Source of the DNA: Ostreococcus lucimarinus
Taxonomy: Eukaryota
DNA length: 64,000 bases
Strand: one strand, 5' to 3'
Assembly (NCBI GenBank): GCA_000092065.1
Contig: CP000581.1
Shown: positions 50,595 to 59,786 of the stretch, one piece after another
Numbering within the stretch: the stretch's first letter is position 1
Layout of the letters: the number at the start of each line of letters is the position of its first letter
Program-made: the position numbers and the translations under genes
Notes under the pieces: generated by a model
Told to the model about the DNA's origin: nothing
What the model saw: the letters and a program-made list of their open reading frames with translations, nothing else
Database searches by the model: none

Positions 50595-50719
50595 GCGCGT
50601 CCGCGCGCGCGATCGCTCGCCGCGCGATGGCGCTCGCGCGGCCGCTCGGCGACGACGGCGACGACGACGACGACGACGCGCGACGCGAGCGACGACTGAC
50701 GACGACGACGCGCGCGCAG
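50595..50719 (+). other. Candidate 125-bp GC-AG intron in the USP gene (cag|GCGCGT...gcgcgcag|gcg)
   Basis: This is the only junction that joins ...NAILQ to ALRHVRAFREYLLG... in frame. No GT donor in the interval gives a usable phase. The donor otherwise matches the local GTGCGT consensus with a T-to-C change at position 2. Confidence 0.35.
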
Positions 50720-52606
50720 GCGCTGCGACACGTGCGCGCGTTTCGAGAATATCTGCTCGGCGACGAGGCGGCGGCGTTTTTATCGGCGCGCGCGACGCGA
50801 GGACGCGCGCGCGCGCGGTCGTTCGACGCCGGCGATGAGGTGCTGACGTTCGACGCGTCGCTGAAACGGAAGCGACGGACGGAGGGACGGTCGGGACGAG
50901 GGACGAGCGAATCGACGGCGAGCGAGGGCGACGCGGGACGAGACGACGCGGGGACGACGAGCGCGAGCGAGCGGGGAGGGGCGAAGAGGAGGTTCGCGAT
51001 GCGACCGCCGGCGATGACGCGAGAGAGGCGGGCGGATATGGCGAGCGCGGAAACGCTGGACGTGGGGGCGGAGATGCGGTGCGTGATGCGGACGCTGATG
51101 GATGGAGAGTACGAGGCGTTTCCGCCGCACGATTTGTTGCGAAGCGTGTGGAGGCTCGTGCCGTCGTTCGCGGGGAACGAACAGCAGGACGCGCACGAGT
51201 TCATGCGGTTCTTGTTGGATAGGTTGAGAAAGGAGTTGAGTAGTGGGAAACACGCGGTGAAAATGCGAGGGACGCTGACGCCGCGGCGGAAGGAACACTC
51301 GCCGTGCGAAAACGGCATTCCGAATCCTCCAACGCGAGCGAGAAGCGTGAGAAGCCGCAGCGGAAGATCGAGCCCGAGCCCGAGCTTTTTGAGAAACGAC
51401 GACGACGACGACGACGACGAGACGAAAAGTAGCGGCGCTGCACGCGGCTCGTCGCCGGTGAATGGGCTGTTGTCGAACGAAGATAGGCGAGTGGACGACG
51501 GCGACGAAGACGGAGGATACATCATCATGTCTCGTTGGGGGCCGAAGAGACACGACAAGGGTTGTATTTGCCGTCCTTGCAAGGCGCAGGCGAAGAAGGA
51601 AGCGCAAGAAGGGGTGCGCTGCGAAAAGTCCAAGACTACCACCGCCGATGCGAGCACGCATTTGAGTTCGCCTTCGAGCACGTTTGCGTCGCCGTCGCGG
51701 CTGTCGCGCGGGGTCACGGCGAGCGAGGTGAAGAGGCAACTCGAGGAGTCGCTTAAGGGATCTCAAACGAACGGATTGAAGGGTGGATTGTCACCCACGT
51801 CGCCGAAGACACCACAGGGGAAATGTGAACAAGATGACGGCGTGACGGGTGATAAAATCATGGAAATCTTCGGCGGCGTTGCGGTGACGACGGTGACGTG
51901 CATGAAGTGCGAGCGATCAAGCGAACGTCGAGAACCATTCATGGATCTTTCGCTTCCCATCCCTCCTGTCGTCGGGAAAAACGGCTCCGTGCCGTCGACC
52001 CCGGTTTCACCTTCGGTGGAGATCGAAGAAGGCGAAGGTCCTAACGGAGAGGCCACCCTGCAGCAATGTCTCGCGGCGTTTGTGCGCAACGAAACCCTCA
52101 GCGGACACGGGCGATACTTTTGCGACGGATGCGGTAAAGTTCAGAGTGCGACGAAATCTACGCGGATCGCCAAGCTCCCGCCTGTTCTGTGCTTGCACTT
52201 GAAACGTTTCACGTGGAAAGGTCACGCGATGCGCACCAAGCTCACGCACGACGTGGACTTCCCTTTGGATGATTTAGACTTAGCTCCTTACTGCGAGACC
52301 AACGGCGAAGCGGTGCAAAAACCTGAAAAGGTGCCGGCTTCGACGGGAAAGTCTCGTCGCACACCGAGGAAGAGCGCCATCCCCCCTGCGCAGGTTATGC
52401 GCAGCGATAAGATGTATGATCTCGTGGCTGTCGTCACGCATCACGGTTTGAACGCCGGTAGTGGGCACTACACCGCTTGCGCGCGAGAGTTCACCGCTGA
52501 AGGAAACAGCGACTGGCAGCACTTCAACGACGATGATGTCAACTCACTCACCGCGGAAGAAGTTCGAACGGGTCAGGGATATATCTTTTTATACGCGCGT
52601 AAGTAA
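50720..52606 (+). CDS. Ubiquitin-specific protease (peptidase C19), main exon with His box
   Basis: Post-Cys-box region DAHEFMRFLLDRL. C-terminal His box YDLVAVVTHHGLNAGSGHYTACARE...GYIFLYARK. Long low-complexity insertions in between. Confidence 0.7.
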   Translation, partial: ALRHVRAFREYLLGDEAAAFLSARATRGRARARSFDAGDEVLTFDASLKRKRRTEGRSGRGTSESTASEGDAGRDDAGTTSASERGGAKRRFAMRPPAMTRERRADMASAETLDVGAEMRCVMRTLMDGEYEAFPPHDLLRSVWRLVPSFAGNEQQDAHEFMRFLLDRLRKELSSGKHAVKMRGTLTPRRKEHSPCENGIPNPPTRARSVRSRSGRSSPSPSFLRNDDDDDDDETKSSGAARGSSPVNGLLSNEDRRVDDGDEDGGYIIMSRWGPKRHDKGCICRPCKAQAKKEAQEGVRCEKSKTTTADASTHLSSPSSTFASPSRLSRGVTASEVKRQLEESLKGSQTNGLKGGLSPTSPKTPQGKCEQDDGVTGDKIMEIFGGVAVTTVTCMKCERSSERREPFMDLSLPIPPVVGKNGSVPSTPVSPSVEIEEGEGPNGEATLQQCLAAFVRNETLSGHGRYFCDGCGKVQSATKSTRIAKLPPVLCLHLKRFTWKGHAMRTKLTHDVDFPLDDLDLAPYCETNGEAVQKPEKVPASTGKSRRTPRKSAIPPAQVMRSDKMYDLVAVVTHHGLNAGSGHYTACAREFTAEGNSDWQHFNDDDVNSLTAEEVRTGQGYIFLYARK

Positions 52607-52713
52607 GAATAGCACGATTTGCTTTGCTGTTATATCGAAACGACATTCATTGAAATTGCGATTTCCCGCGACGCGTGTCAAGGTTAAGTTTGATTACAAC
52701 AAGTACCGCGCTT

Positions 52714-54879
52714 TTAAAGCGTTCTGTAAAGGTCAATATATGACTGAGCCGGTTCCGTCCACGTGTTGTCGACGTTCATCGCGCGCTTCTGGTACTCCTC
52801 AAACGTGGAGCGTTTGGATTTGTACAGATTGAATGCTCGCGAGAGCGCGACGTCGATGTCTTCAGCACCCGTGCCATCAAACACGAAACCGTTTCGTTCG
52901 TTTTCGTCGATCGAAGCGTCATCGATGTCGAATACGGTATCCGCGAGACCGCCCGTGCGACGGACGAGCGGAAGTGCGGCGTAGCGCAACGCGATCATTT
53001 GCGTAAGTCCGCACGGCTCGAACATCGAGGGCACGATGACAATGTCCGCTGCGGCGTAGAGTAAATGGCTCAATGCGTCGCTGTACATGAGCATAAGCCG
53101 CGTCGAGTCGGAATTTTCTCCGAACTCTTCCGTTTCAGCCATTTTGCGGAAAACGCCGTCTGAATGGCCGGTGCCGAGAAGCACGAATTGACCGCCGTTA
53201 AAGCGCGTCGTGCGAATCGCTTGCTCGATGAGATTTACTCCCTTTTGCGGCACGAGGCGCGACACGCACACGACCAGCGGCGCGTCGGGGTCTTCCTTCA
53301 TACCTAATCCGCGCTGCAGATACTTTTTGCACAACGCCTTTTGCGACTTGACGTTGGTAGAGTCATAGCCGTACGGTATGAACGGATCGTCGCTCGGGGT
53401 CCAACTCTCCGGATCGATTCCGTTGAGAATCCCGCTAAACTTGTGCTTGTTTCCAACGAGATTCTTCCCCGTGAATCCGCCACCGCCGGCGAGAATTTCC
53501 GTCGCGTACGTCGGAGACACCGTGGTGACGTGATTCGAATACACGATGCCCCCCTTGAGCAAGCAAAGCCTTTCTGGGTTGTGCCCGATGGTGCGTTCGT
53601 CCAAAGCCTTGTCGACGGTGGCGAACATGGAGGCGTCCACGCCCGTGGCGCAGAACTCTTCCTGTCTCGCTTCGCCGTTGGAGTCCAAGTTATGAATCGT
53701 CAGCATGATTTTCGCGTTGGACATACCGTCGCAGTCTTGCCCGTACGCATCGCGAAGTCCCCAAAAGATCATAGGAAATCCGCACGCTTGCCACTCGTGA
53801 CAGTGAATGATGTTTGGATTCTCACCAGAGGCGATTAAAAATTCGCGCGCCGCGCGACAAAAGTACAAGTACGCCTCACGTTCATCGTACGATCCGCCGT
53901 AAATCTTCGAACCTTGAAATATATTCGAGCGCTCGTCGTCGTGTGGCTTGAGAAGTATCACGTCGATGCCGTTCACTCGCCCTCGCATCGCCGTCGTGCG
54001 AAAGTTGAAATATCGCGTCTCGCCGTCTTGATAACGACCCTTGGTGACGTCGTAATCCATCACGTGCGTCAAGCCGTCGATCTTGTCCGTCGGTAAACAC
54101 GAGTAAAATGGAAGAATCACAGTCACCGCGTGTCCCATCTTCCCGTGCGCGCGCGCCAGTCCTTCGACGACGTCGCCCAAACCGCCAACCTTGGCGATGG
54201 GCGCCAACTCGGCGGTGATGTGCACCACGCGCAACGGCGACGTCGTCTTCGTCACTTCCGCTTCTCGAGCGTCCGCTCTCGTCGCCCGCGGCATCGCGTT
54301 CCAAAACGCCGTGCCCGGCGTCGGCGCGCGCGCCTCGTCCCATCCCTCGACGACGCTCGCGCGCCGTTCGACCGGCGCCGCCGTTTCCGCCGGCGCGGCG
54401 TCCGCGCGCGTCTCCATCACCGTCTCCGCGACACCACCCTCCTCGCGCGCCTCCGCGAACGTCGCCTCCGCTTCTTCCACCGCGCGTCCCTCGACCGTCG
54501 CCTCCACGACCGCCTCGATCGTCGCCGTCGCGTCTTCGTCTTCGTCTTCGTCTTCGCCTTCGCCTTCGCCGCGCGCCGCCAGCGCCTCCTTCACCCGCGC
54601 CGCGAGATCCGCCTTCCGCCCGCTCACCGGCAGCGCCATCGTCCGCAGCACGTCCTTCAGTTCGTCCACCTTGAGCCCGTCGACGTCGTCCTCGCGCAGC
54701 GCGCGCGTCGTCGCCGCCGCGCGTCGCCGCAACGGTTTCGAACCATCGCCCATCGCATCTTGCGCCCTTCTCGCGCGCGCGACGCGCGTCGTCGCGCGTC
54801 GCGCCCCCCCGCGCGCGGTCGACGCCGTCGCGCGCGCCGTCGCGCGCGCCGTCGCGACGCGCGCGCGCGCGAGCGACAT
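52714..54879 (-). CDS. Soluble starch synthase (GT5, SSIII/SSIV-like KVGGL type), plastid-targeted, with a SAP-like motif and an (ED)n acidic run in the N-terminal extension
   Basis: KVGGLGDVVEGLARAHGKMGHAV (ADP-glucose binding KxGGL). GT-B C-terminal domain through ...NGFVFDG. Transit-peptide-like start MSLARARVATARATARATAST (ATG 54877-54879). SAP-like motif GLKVDELKDVLRTMALPVSGRKADLAARVKEAL. The track ORF continues upstream to 55893 through Arg-rich sequence. Confidence 0.8.
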   Translation of the reverse strand: MSLARARVATARATARATASTARGGARRATTRVARARRAQDAMGDGSKPLRRRAAATTRALREDDVDGLKVDELKDVLRTMALPVSGRKADLAARVKEALAARGEGEGEDEDEDEDATATIEAVVEATVEGRAVEEAEATFAEAREEGGVAETVMETRADAAPAETAAPVERRASVVEGWDEARAPTPGTAFWNAMPRATRADAREAEVTKTTSPLRVVHITAELAPIAKVGGLGDVVEGLARAHGKMGHAVTVILPFYSCLPTDKIDGLTHVMDYDVTKGRYQDGETRYFNFRTTAMRGRVNGIDVILLKPHDDERSNIFQGSKIYGGSYDEREAYLYFCRAAREFLIASGENPNIIHCHEWQACGFPMIFWGLRDAYGQDCDGMSNAKIMLTIHNLDSNGEARQEEFCATGVDASMFATVDKALDERTIGHNPERLCLLKGGIVYSNHVTTVSPTYATEILAGGGGFTGKNLVGNKHKFSGILNGIDPESWTPSDDPFIPYGYDSTNVKSQKALCKKYLQRGLGMKEDPDAPLVVCVSRLVPQKGVNLIEQAIRTTRFNGGQFVLLGTGHSDGVFRKMAETEEFGENSDSTRLMLMYSDALSHLLYAAADIVIVPSMFEPCGLTQMIALRYAALPLVRRTGGLADTVFDIDDASIDENERNGFVFDGTGAEDIDVALSRAFNLYKSKRSTFEEYQKRAMNVDNTWTEPAQSYIDLYRTL
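54527..54575. repeat. (GAAGAC)n-type hexamer repeat (minus-strand sense) encoding the EDEDEDED run in the starch synthase N-terminus
   Basis: gtcttcgtcttcgtcttcgtcttcgccttcgccttcgcc on the plus strand. Confidence 0.7.
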
Positions 54880-54939
54880 CGCGCGCGAGTCTGACGCCGG
54901 CGGACGCGACCGACAGGCTGGCGCCACATCTCGTCGCCG

Positions 54940-56637
54940 ATGCGCGTCGCCGCGCGCGCCGCGGCGCTCGCGCGCGACGCGGACGACGCGGCGACGTCGC
55001 GCGGGGCGTCGCGCGCGCCGCGCGCGACGGCGTTCGCGGCGCGCGGCGACGTCGTCGTCGTCGGGTTCGACGACGGGTCGTTGGCGCGCTTCGACGCGGC
55101 GCCGCGGCGCGACGGCGCGCGCGACGGCGATCGCGCGCGCGCGACGTGGACGTCGATCCCGCGCGACGCGCGCGCGCGGGCGGACGACGCGCGCGACGGC
55201 GGAGGCGGGGCGGTGGACGCGTGCTGCGTCGGGACGGCGGCGGCGGCGGGACGCGTCGCGCGGTGCCGCGGCGATCCGACGTGCGCGGTCGACGTCCTGG
55301 ACGGGGCGACCGGAGACGTCGTGAAGACGCTGACGATGCCGACGGCGTGGCCGGCGACGGGACGGTGCGCGGTCGGCGGGTGCGGGACGGCGGGGGAGTA
55401 CGCGTGGGCGCGCGCGGCGACGAAGTGGAACCACTCGGGCGACGAGTTCGCGGGAAACGGGTCGTGCTTGGCGATATGGCGGCTGCGTGGGGATGAAGCG
55501 ACGGCGTGTGCGGTGTTCACGGCGAACGCGGACAGGCGAAGCGCGCGGGGAGGGATGGAGGAGGAGAAGACGCTCGCGCCGTTCGCTCGCGTGCGCGCGC
55601 TCGACGGCGGCGAAGGATTGGAGTACGTGACGATTGCGATTAATTTCGACGAAGAGTACGCGGTGCTGGAGCGAAAGGCGTGCGCGTTCACGTTGGATGA
55701 GCGTGGGCGGACGCGCGTGCGCGCGATCGAGGCGACATCGTTGAGGGTGGATTTGGGATGGATGCCGCGATTCGGCGCGGTGCGAGGTCGAGCGCTCGAG
55801 CTGGCGGCTCGAGCGATGCCTACCGTGCCGTCGTGCGCGATTTCGAGTCAATTCATCGTCGTCGTTTGGCTCGACGGCGAGCGCCCGGTGCACGTGATCG
55901 ACTCCAGGGCTGAGGGGTCGACAGACTCGCGACGGGGCTTGCTCGAGGCGTTGCGCGTCAACGTGGAGGCGTGCCTCGCGAATCCCGACGCGAAGACGTC
56001 GAGAACGGTTTTAGACGTCACCACGTACGACGGCGATGCGTACGTCATTGTGGTCACACGCGATGCGCCGACGCCGCAGAAATACGCACCGACGCCGCGC
56101 GAGGAGGATATACATTGCAAAGTCTTCGCGATTCCCACCGGTTTTCGCAGCGCCAAGCCGTCCGAGACGACGACGGAGACGACCCCGTTGATTGATTTAG
56201 ACGACGAACTCGTGACGCGCGATGAGTCGTGCACGATTTGCCTTGATGTGTTATCGGGCGAAGCCGCTCGCGCGCCGTGCTGCGGGGCGTCTTTCTGCGA
56301 AGACTGTCTCGCGTCGTACGTCGCGCTCTCAGCGGCGAAAGGGTGTCCGATGTGTCGCGACGTCGACGTCTTCTTGACGTCTCGTCGACCGCATTCGGCG
56401 TGGGGGCGGGCGTTGACCTCGTTCGAGCTCGACCTCCCGTTCCGCGCGCGTCAGCAATTGAAAAAGTATCGCGTTCTCGAACAAGTTTTAGATGGAGACT
56501 ACGCGACGCTCGACGATTTCCACCTCACGGGCGACCGGACACCGTTCGCGCTCGAAAACGGGCGCGCGCTCACCTTAGCCACATCCTCCGACTCAAACTT
56601 CGAAGGCGTCGAAGTTCGCGAGCTCGTGATCGATTAG
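54940..56637 (+). CDS. Hypothetical protein with a C-terminal C3HC4-type RING finger
   Basis: CTICLDVLSGEAARAPCCGASFCEDCLASYVALSAAKGCPMCR. ATG at 54940, 60 bp from the divergent starch synthase start. The N-terminal 150 aa are low-complexity. Confidence 0.5.
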   Translation: MRVAARAAALARDADDAATSRGASRAPRATAFAARGDVVVVGFDDGSLARFDAAPRRDGARDGDRARATWTSIPRDARARADDARDGGGGAVDACCVGTAAAAGRVARCRGDPTCAVDVLDGATGDVVKTLTMPTAWPATGRCAVGGCGTAGEYAWARAATKWNHSGDEFAGNGSCLAIWRLRGDEATACAVFTANADRRSARGGMEEEKTLAPFARVRALDGGEGLEYVTIAINFDEEYAVLERKACAFTLDERGRTRVRAIEATSLRVDLGWMPRFGAVRGRALELAARAMPTVPSCAISSQFIVVVWLDGERPVHVIDSRAEGSTDSRRGLLEALRVNVEACLANPDAKTSRTVLDVTTYDGDAYVIVVTRDAPTPQKYAPTPREEDIHCKVFAIPTGFRSAKPSETTTETTPLIDLDDELVTRDESCTICLDVLSGEAARAPCCGASFCEDCLASYVALSAAKGCPMCRDVDVFLTSRRPHSAWGRALTSFELDLPFRARQQLKKYRVLEQVLDGDYATLDDFHLTGDRTPFALENGRALTLATSSDSNFEGVEVRELVID

Positions 56638-56721
56638 ACTTTAGTTTAGTTTCACTACGGACGTTTCTGTCTGGATTAAATGTCTTTCTATGCGTCCCGC
56701 CGCGCGCGTTCGAGTCCTCGA

Positions 56722-57369
56722 TCACTTTAGCTCCGTCGTCGCCGCTCCGAAATCCGGCATCGCGGGCGACCCGCTGGACTCTTCTTCGGCTTTTCGTCCA
56801 CCGCCGAACACGTTCCCCCAGATCGACCCGCTCTCCTGCCCCCCCGCGTTCGCGTTCGCGTTCGCGTTCGCGTCCCCGCTCGCGTCCCCGCTCCCGCGCC
56901 CGCTCCCCGTCTCCGGTCCTCCCGCCATCGCCATCACCGGCGGCGGCGGCGGCGGCGCCGTCAACCGCGTCAACATTATGCTAATCCCTTCGATCACCGC
57001 CAACAGGAACCCTCCGAACGCCGCCGATCGCGCCGCGCTCGGCAATCCGTACCTCAGCTGCAGCGCGCCGCCCGTCGCCGCGCCGCTGATGATCGGATTC
57101 CACGGATCTTCCTTCCTTCGCGCCGCCACCAGCGCGCAATCGAACGCGCTGAACAGTCCCCCCCAGACCGCGAACGAGCCACCGATTCGCGGCGCCTCGC
57201 GTCGGATCGCCTCGGCGGCGCTCGCGAGCGCGAATCCTCTCGGCGCGTTGTACGCACCCTTGACGAGATTGACGACGCCGCCGCCGACGGCGCCCATCGC
57301 GAACGCGCCGCCGACGTCGTCGAAGATTCTGTGCGGGCACGGCTCGCGCCCGTGGTCGACGGACGCCAT
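56722..57369 (-). CDS. TIM17: Mitochondrial inner-membrane translocase subunit Tim17, with a plant-like Pro/Gly/Ser/Asn-rich C-terminal extension
   Basis: MASVDHGREPCPHRIFDDVGGAFAMGAVGG...GGSFAVWGGLFSAFDCALVAARRKEDPWNPIISGAATGG is near-collinear with Tim17 (REPCPxRIxDDxGGAFxMGxxGG; GGxFAVWGGLFS; KEDPWN). The (ANANANA) tail comes from a (GCGTTC)n repeat. ATG at 57367-57369. Confidence 0.85.
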   Translation of the reverse strand: MASVDHGREPCPHRIFDDVGGAFAMGAVGGGVVNLVKGAYNAPRGFALASAAEAIRREAPRIGGSFAVWGGLFSAFDCALVAARRKEDPWNPIISGAATGGALQLRYGLPSAARSAAFGGFLLAVIEGISIMLTRLTAPPPPPPVMAMAGGPETGSGRGSGDASGDANANANANAGGQESGSIWGNVFGGGRKAEEESSGSPAMPDFGAATTELK

Positions 57370-57486
57370 GGCGACGCGCGCGTCGCGCTCTGCGGGCGAT
57401 CGCGTGACGTCGGCGGCGACCCTAACGCGCGCGAGCGACAGAGGGCGACGCGCGGCGCGCGACGCGAGCGACGGAGGGCGCGCGCG

Positions 57487-59682
57487 ATGGCGGACGCGAC
57501 GCAGCGCGACGCGAGCGACGCGAGCGCGGGCGAGACGTCGATGAGCGCGGCGAAGAAGGCGCTGAAGGCGGCGGAAAAGGTGACGAAAAAGCGACCGGAT
57601 CCGAGCGCGCTCGACGCGATCGCGCGCGGGATGGCGGCGATGCGGGTGAAGGCGTACGGCGAGGCGAAGGCGGCGTTTGAGAGCGCGGAAGCGATATGCG
57701 CGACGACGACGGTGCGGGCGGAGGCGAAGGCGAAGGAGGGAGGAGAGGGGGGGAAGGCGAAGGCGAAGACGAAGGCGAAGGCGAACGCGGCGGAGACGCA
57801 GGACGCGCTGGACGCGACGCATTTACCGAAACCGGGGAGCGAAGGACACGTGACGGCGAAACAAAAGGAAAATTTGCCGCCGGGGGCGAAGAATTACGCG
57901 ATAAACTCAGTGGCGGCGATGGCGGATCACTTGGCGGCGACGGGTGGGAAGTGGCGAACGCGATTTCCGCCCGAGCCGAACGGGTATTTGCACATCGGAC
58001 ACGCGAAGGCGATGTACTTTGACTTTGGAGTGGCGAGAAAACGAGGCGGTGAGACGATTTTGAGGTTTGACGACACGAATCCCGCGGCGGAGAAGCAAGA
58101 GTACATCGATAGCATTATTAGTTCGGTAAAGTGGTTGGGACACGAACCGGCGGCGACGACGTACTCGAGCGATTATTTCGACAAGTTGTACGAGTTTGCG
58201 GTAGATTTGATCAAGTCTGGCAACGCGTACGTGTGCTTTCAGAACAAAGAGCAGACGTTCAACTCGCGAAAGCTACTGCAGTCGTTTCAAAAGATGTGCG
58301 CCGACGGCGGCTTGCCGCGTTACGAGACGCCGCTTCCCGAGGGCGCGGAAAGTCCGTGGCGAAACACGAGCGTCGAAGAGAACTTGTCGCTTTTCGAGAA
58401 GATGAAAAATAGAGAGTTCAAGGAGGGCGAGTGCTGCTTGCGAATGAAGGGGGATTTGCGAAGCGACATTCCGAGCATGTGGGATCTCGCGGCGTATCGC
58501 ATCAAGTACGAGACGCACCCTCACTCTGGCGACAAGTGGTGCATTTACCCGACGTACGACTACACGCACTGCTTAGTGGACAGCCTAGAAAATATCACGC
58601 ACTCATTGTGCACGCTCGAATTCGAGTCTAGACAAGCGCCGAACGGGTCGTACTATTGGCTGTTGGACGCTCTCGACACGTACAAGCCGGTGACGTGGGA
58701 GTTTTCTCGATGCAACATCACTTACAACGTGATGAGCAAGCGCAAGTTGAACACGCTCGTGACCAAAGGATACGTCAACGGTTGGGACGATCCGCGTTTG
58801 CTCACTCTCGAGGGCCTTCGCCGGCGCGGTTACACGCCGAGCGCCATCAACAAGTTTTGCGCGTCGCTCGGTGTGACACGTCACGACAACACGCAACCCA
58901 TCAGCCGTCTCGAGAACGTGGTGCGGGATGAGATGAAAGATTCGGCGTCTAGATATTTCGCAGTATTAGATCCTGTGAAGGTGAATATCACGAACCATCC
59001 CGGAGGTGAGTTGATGTGTGAAGCTCCGGTGCATCCGTCGTTTGCCGAGCGCGGCATGCGTCGCATCGATTTGAAGCCAACCATTTTCATAGAACGTTCT
59101 GACTTCAAGACGGAAGACGTGGACGGATACTTTGGTTTGGCGCCTGGTAAGACGGTTCGATTGCAGTTCGGGTATAACATCACGTGCACGGATTTTAAGA
59201 CGCACGACGATGGCTCGGTATCGGAAATCAACGCAACGATAGACATGGAGTCTCGCGCGGCAAAGCCGCCAAAGGGAATTCTTCACTGGGCAACGCCGGA
59301 CTTCGTCAAGGGTGAGTGCAGATTATACAACAATCTTTTCACCGTAGAGATCCCCGGTAAAGTTGACGCGAACGCCGAGCAAAGTAACGCACCGACGGCG
59401 ACGGCGACCGACGCTGTTGAAGGCGACGCCGAAGAAGACGAAGAAGACGATGGAAGCGTGGACTGGTTGACTCAAATCAACCCCGAGTCGCTCGTTGTCC
59501 ATAGAGATGCGCTCCTCGAACCGGGCCTAATTGAATTCGCCTCCAAACCATTGGAAACGCAAGTGCAGCTGCAGCGTCTGGGTTTCTTCACCTTTGACAA
59601 CGATAGCACCGCGGACGCCCCGGTGCTGAATAGAATCGTCACGCTCAAGGAATCTGCGTCGAGGAAAACGCTCGGAAAATGA
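57487..59682 (+). CDS. GlnRS: Glutaminyl-tRNA synthetase (class I)
   Basis: TRFPPEPNGYLHIGHAKA (HIGH) and VMSKRKL (KMSKS). GlnRS-type anticodon-binding beta-barrels at the C-terminus. Lys/Ala-rich N-terminal appended domain. First ATG at 57487; the track ORF starts on GTG at 57331. Confidence 0.85.
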   Translation: MADATQRDASDASAGETSMSAAKKALKAAEKVTKKRPDPSALDAIARGMAAMRVKAYGEAKAAFESAEAICATTTVRAEAKAKEGGEGGKAKAKTKAKANAAETQDALDATHLPKPGSEGHVTAKQKENLPPGAKNYAINSVAAMADHLAATGGKWRTRFPPEPNGYLHIGHAKAMYFDFGVARKRGGETILRFDDTNPAAEKQEYIDSIISSVKWLGHEPAATTYSSDYFDKLYEFAVDLIKSGNAYVCFQNKEQTFNSRKLLQSFQKMCADGGLPRYETPLPEGAESPWRNTSVEENLSLFEKMKNREFKEGECCLRMKGDLRSDIPSMWDLAAYRIKYETHPHSGDKWCIYPTYDYTHCLVDSLENITHSLCTLEFESRQAPNGSYYWLLDALDTYKPVTWEFSRCNITYNVMSKRKLNTLVTKGYVNGWDDPRLLTLEGLRRRGYTPSAINKFCASLGVTRHDNTQPISRLENVVRDEMKDSASRYFAVLDPVKVNITNHPGGELMCEAPVHPSFAERGMRRIDLKPTIFIERSDFKTEDVDGYFGLAPGKTVRLQFGYNITCTDFKTHDDGSVSEINATIDMESRAAKPPKGILHWATPDFVKGECRLYNNLFTVEIPGKVDANAEQSNAPTATATDAVEGDAEEDEEDDGSVDWLTQINPESLVVHRDALLEPGLIEFASKPLETQVQLQRLGFFTFDNDSTADAPVLNRIVTLKESASRKTLGK

Positions 59683-59786
59683 CTCAACTTGGACTTTGGC
59701 GAATAATAGGGTGATTATTAATACCGAAAACTCTTTCGTTCGCTTCGCTATCGCTACTGCGCGTACTTCATATTACGTGTCGGTTA

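Noticed and set aside
54130-55893. Long Arg-rich extensions and overlapping ORFs (54130..54894, 54191..55324, 54657..55691, and the starch synthase N-terminus as far as 55893)
   Set aside because: Low-complexity translations of more than 80% GC DNA. Real starts are supported by transit-peptide-like ATGs at 54879 (minus strand) and 54940 (plus strand).
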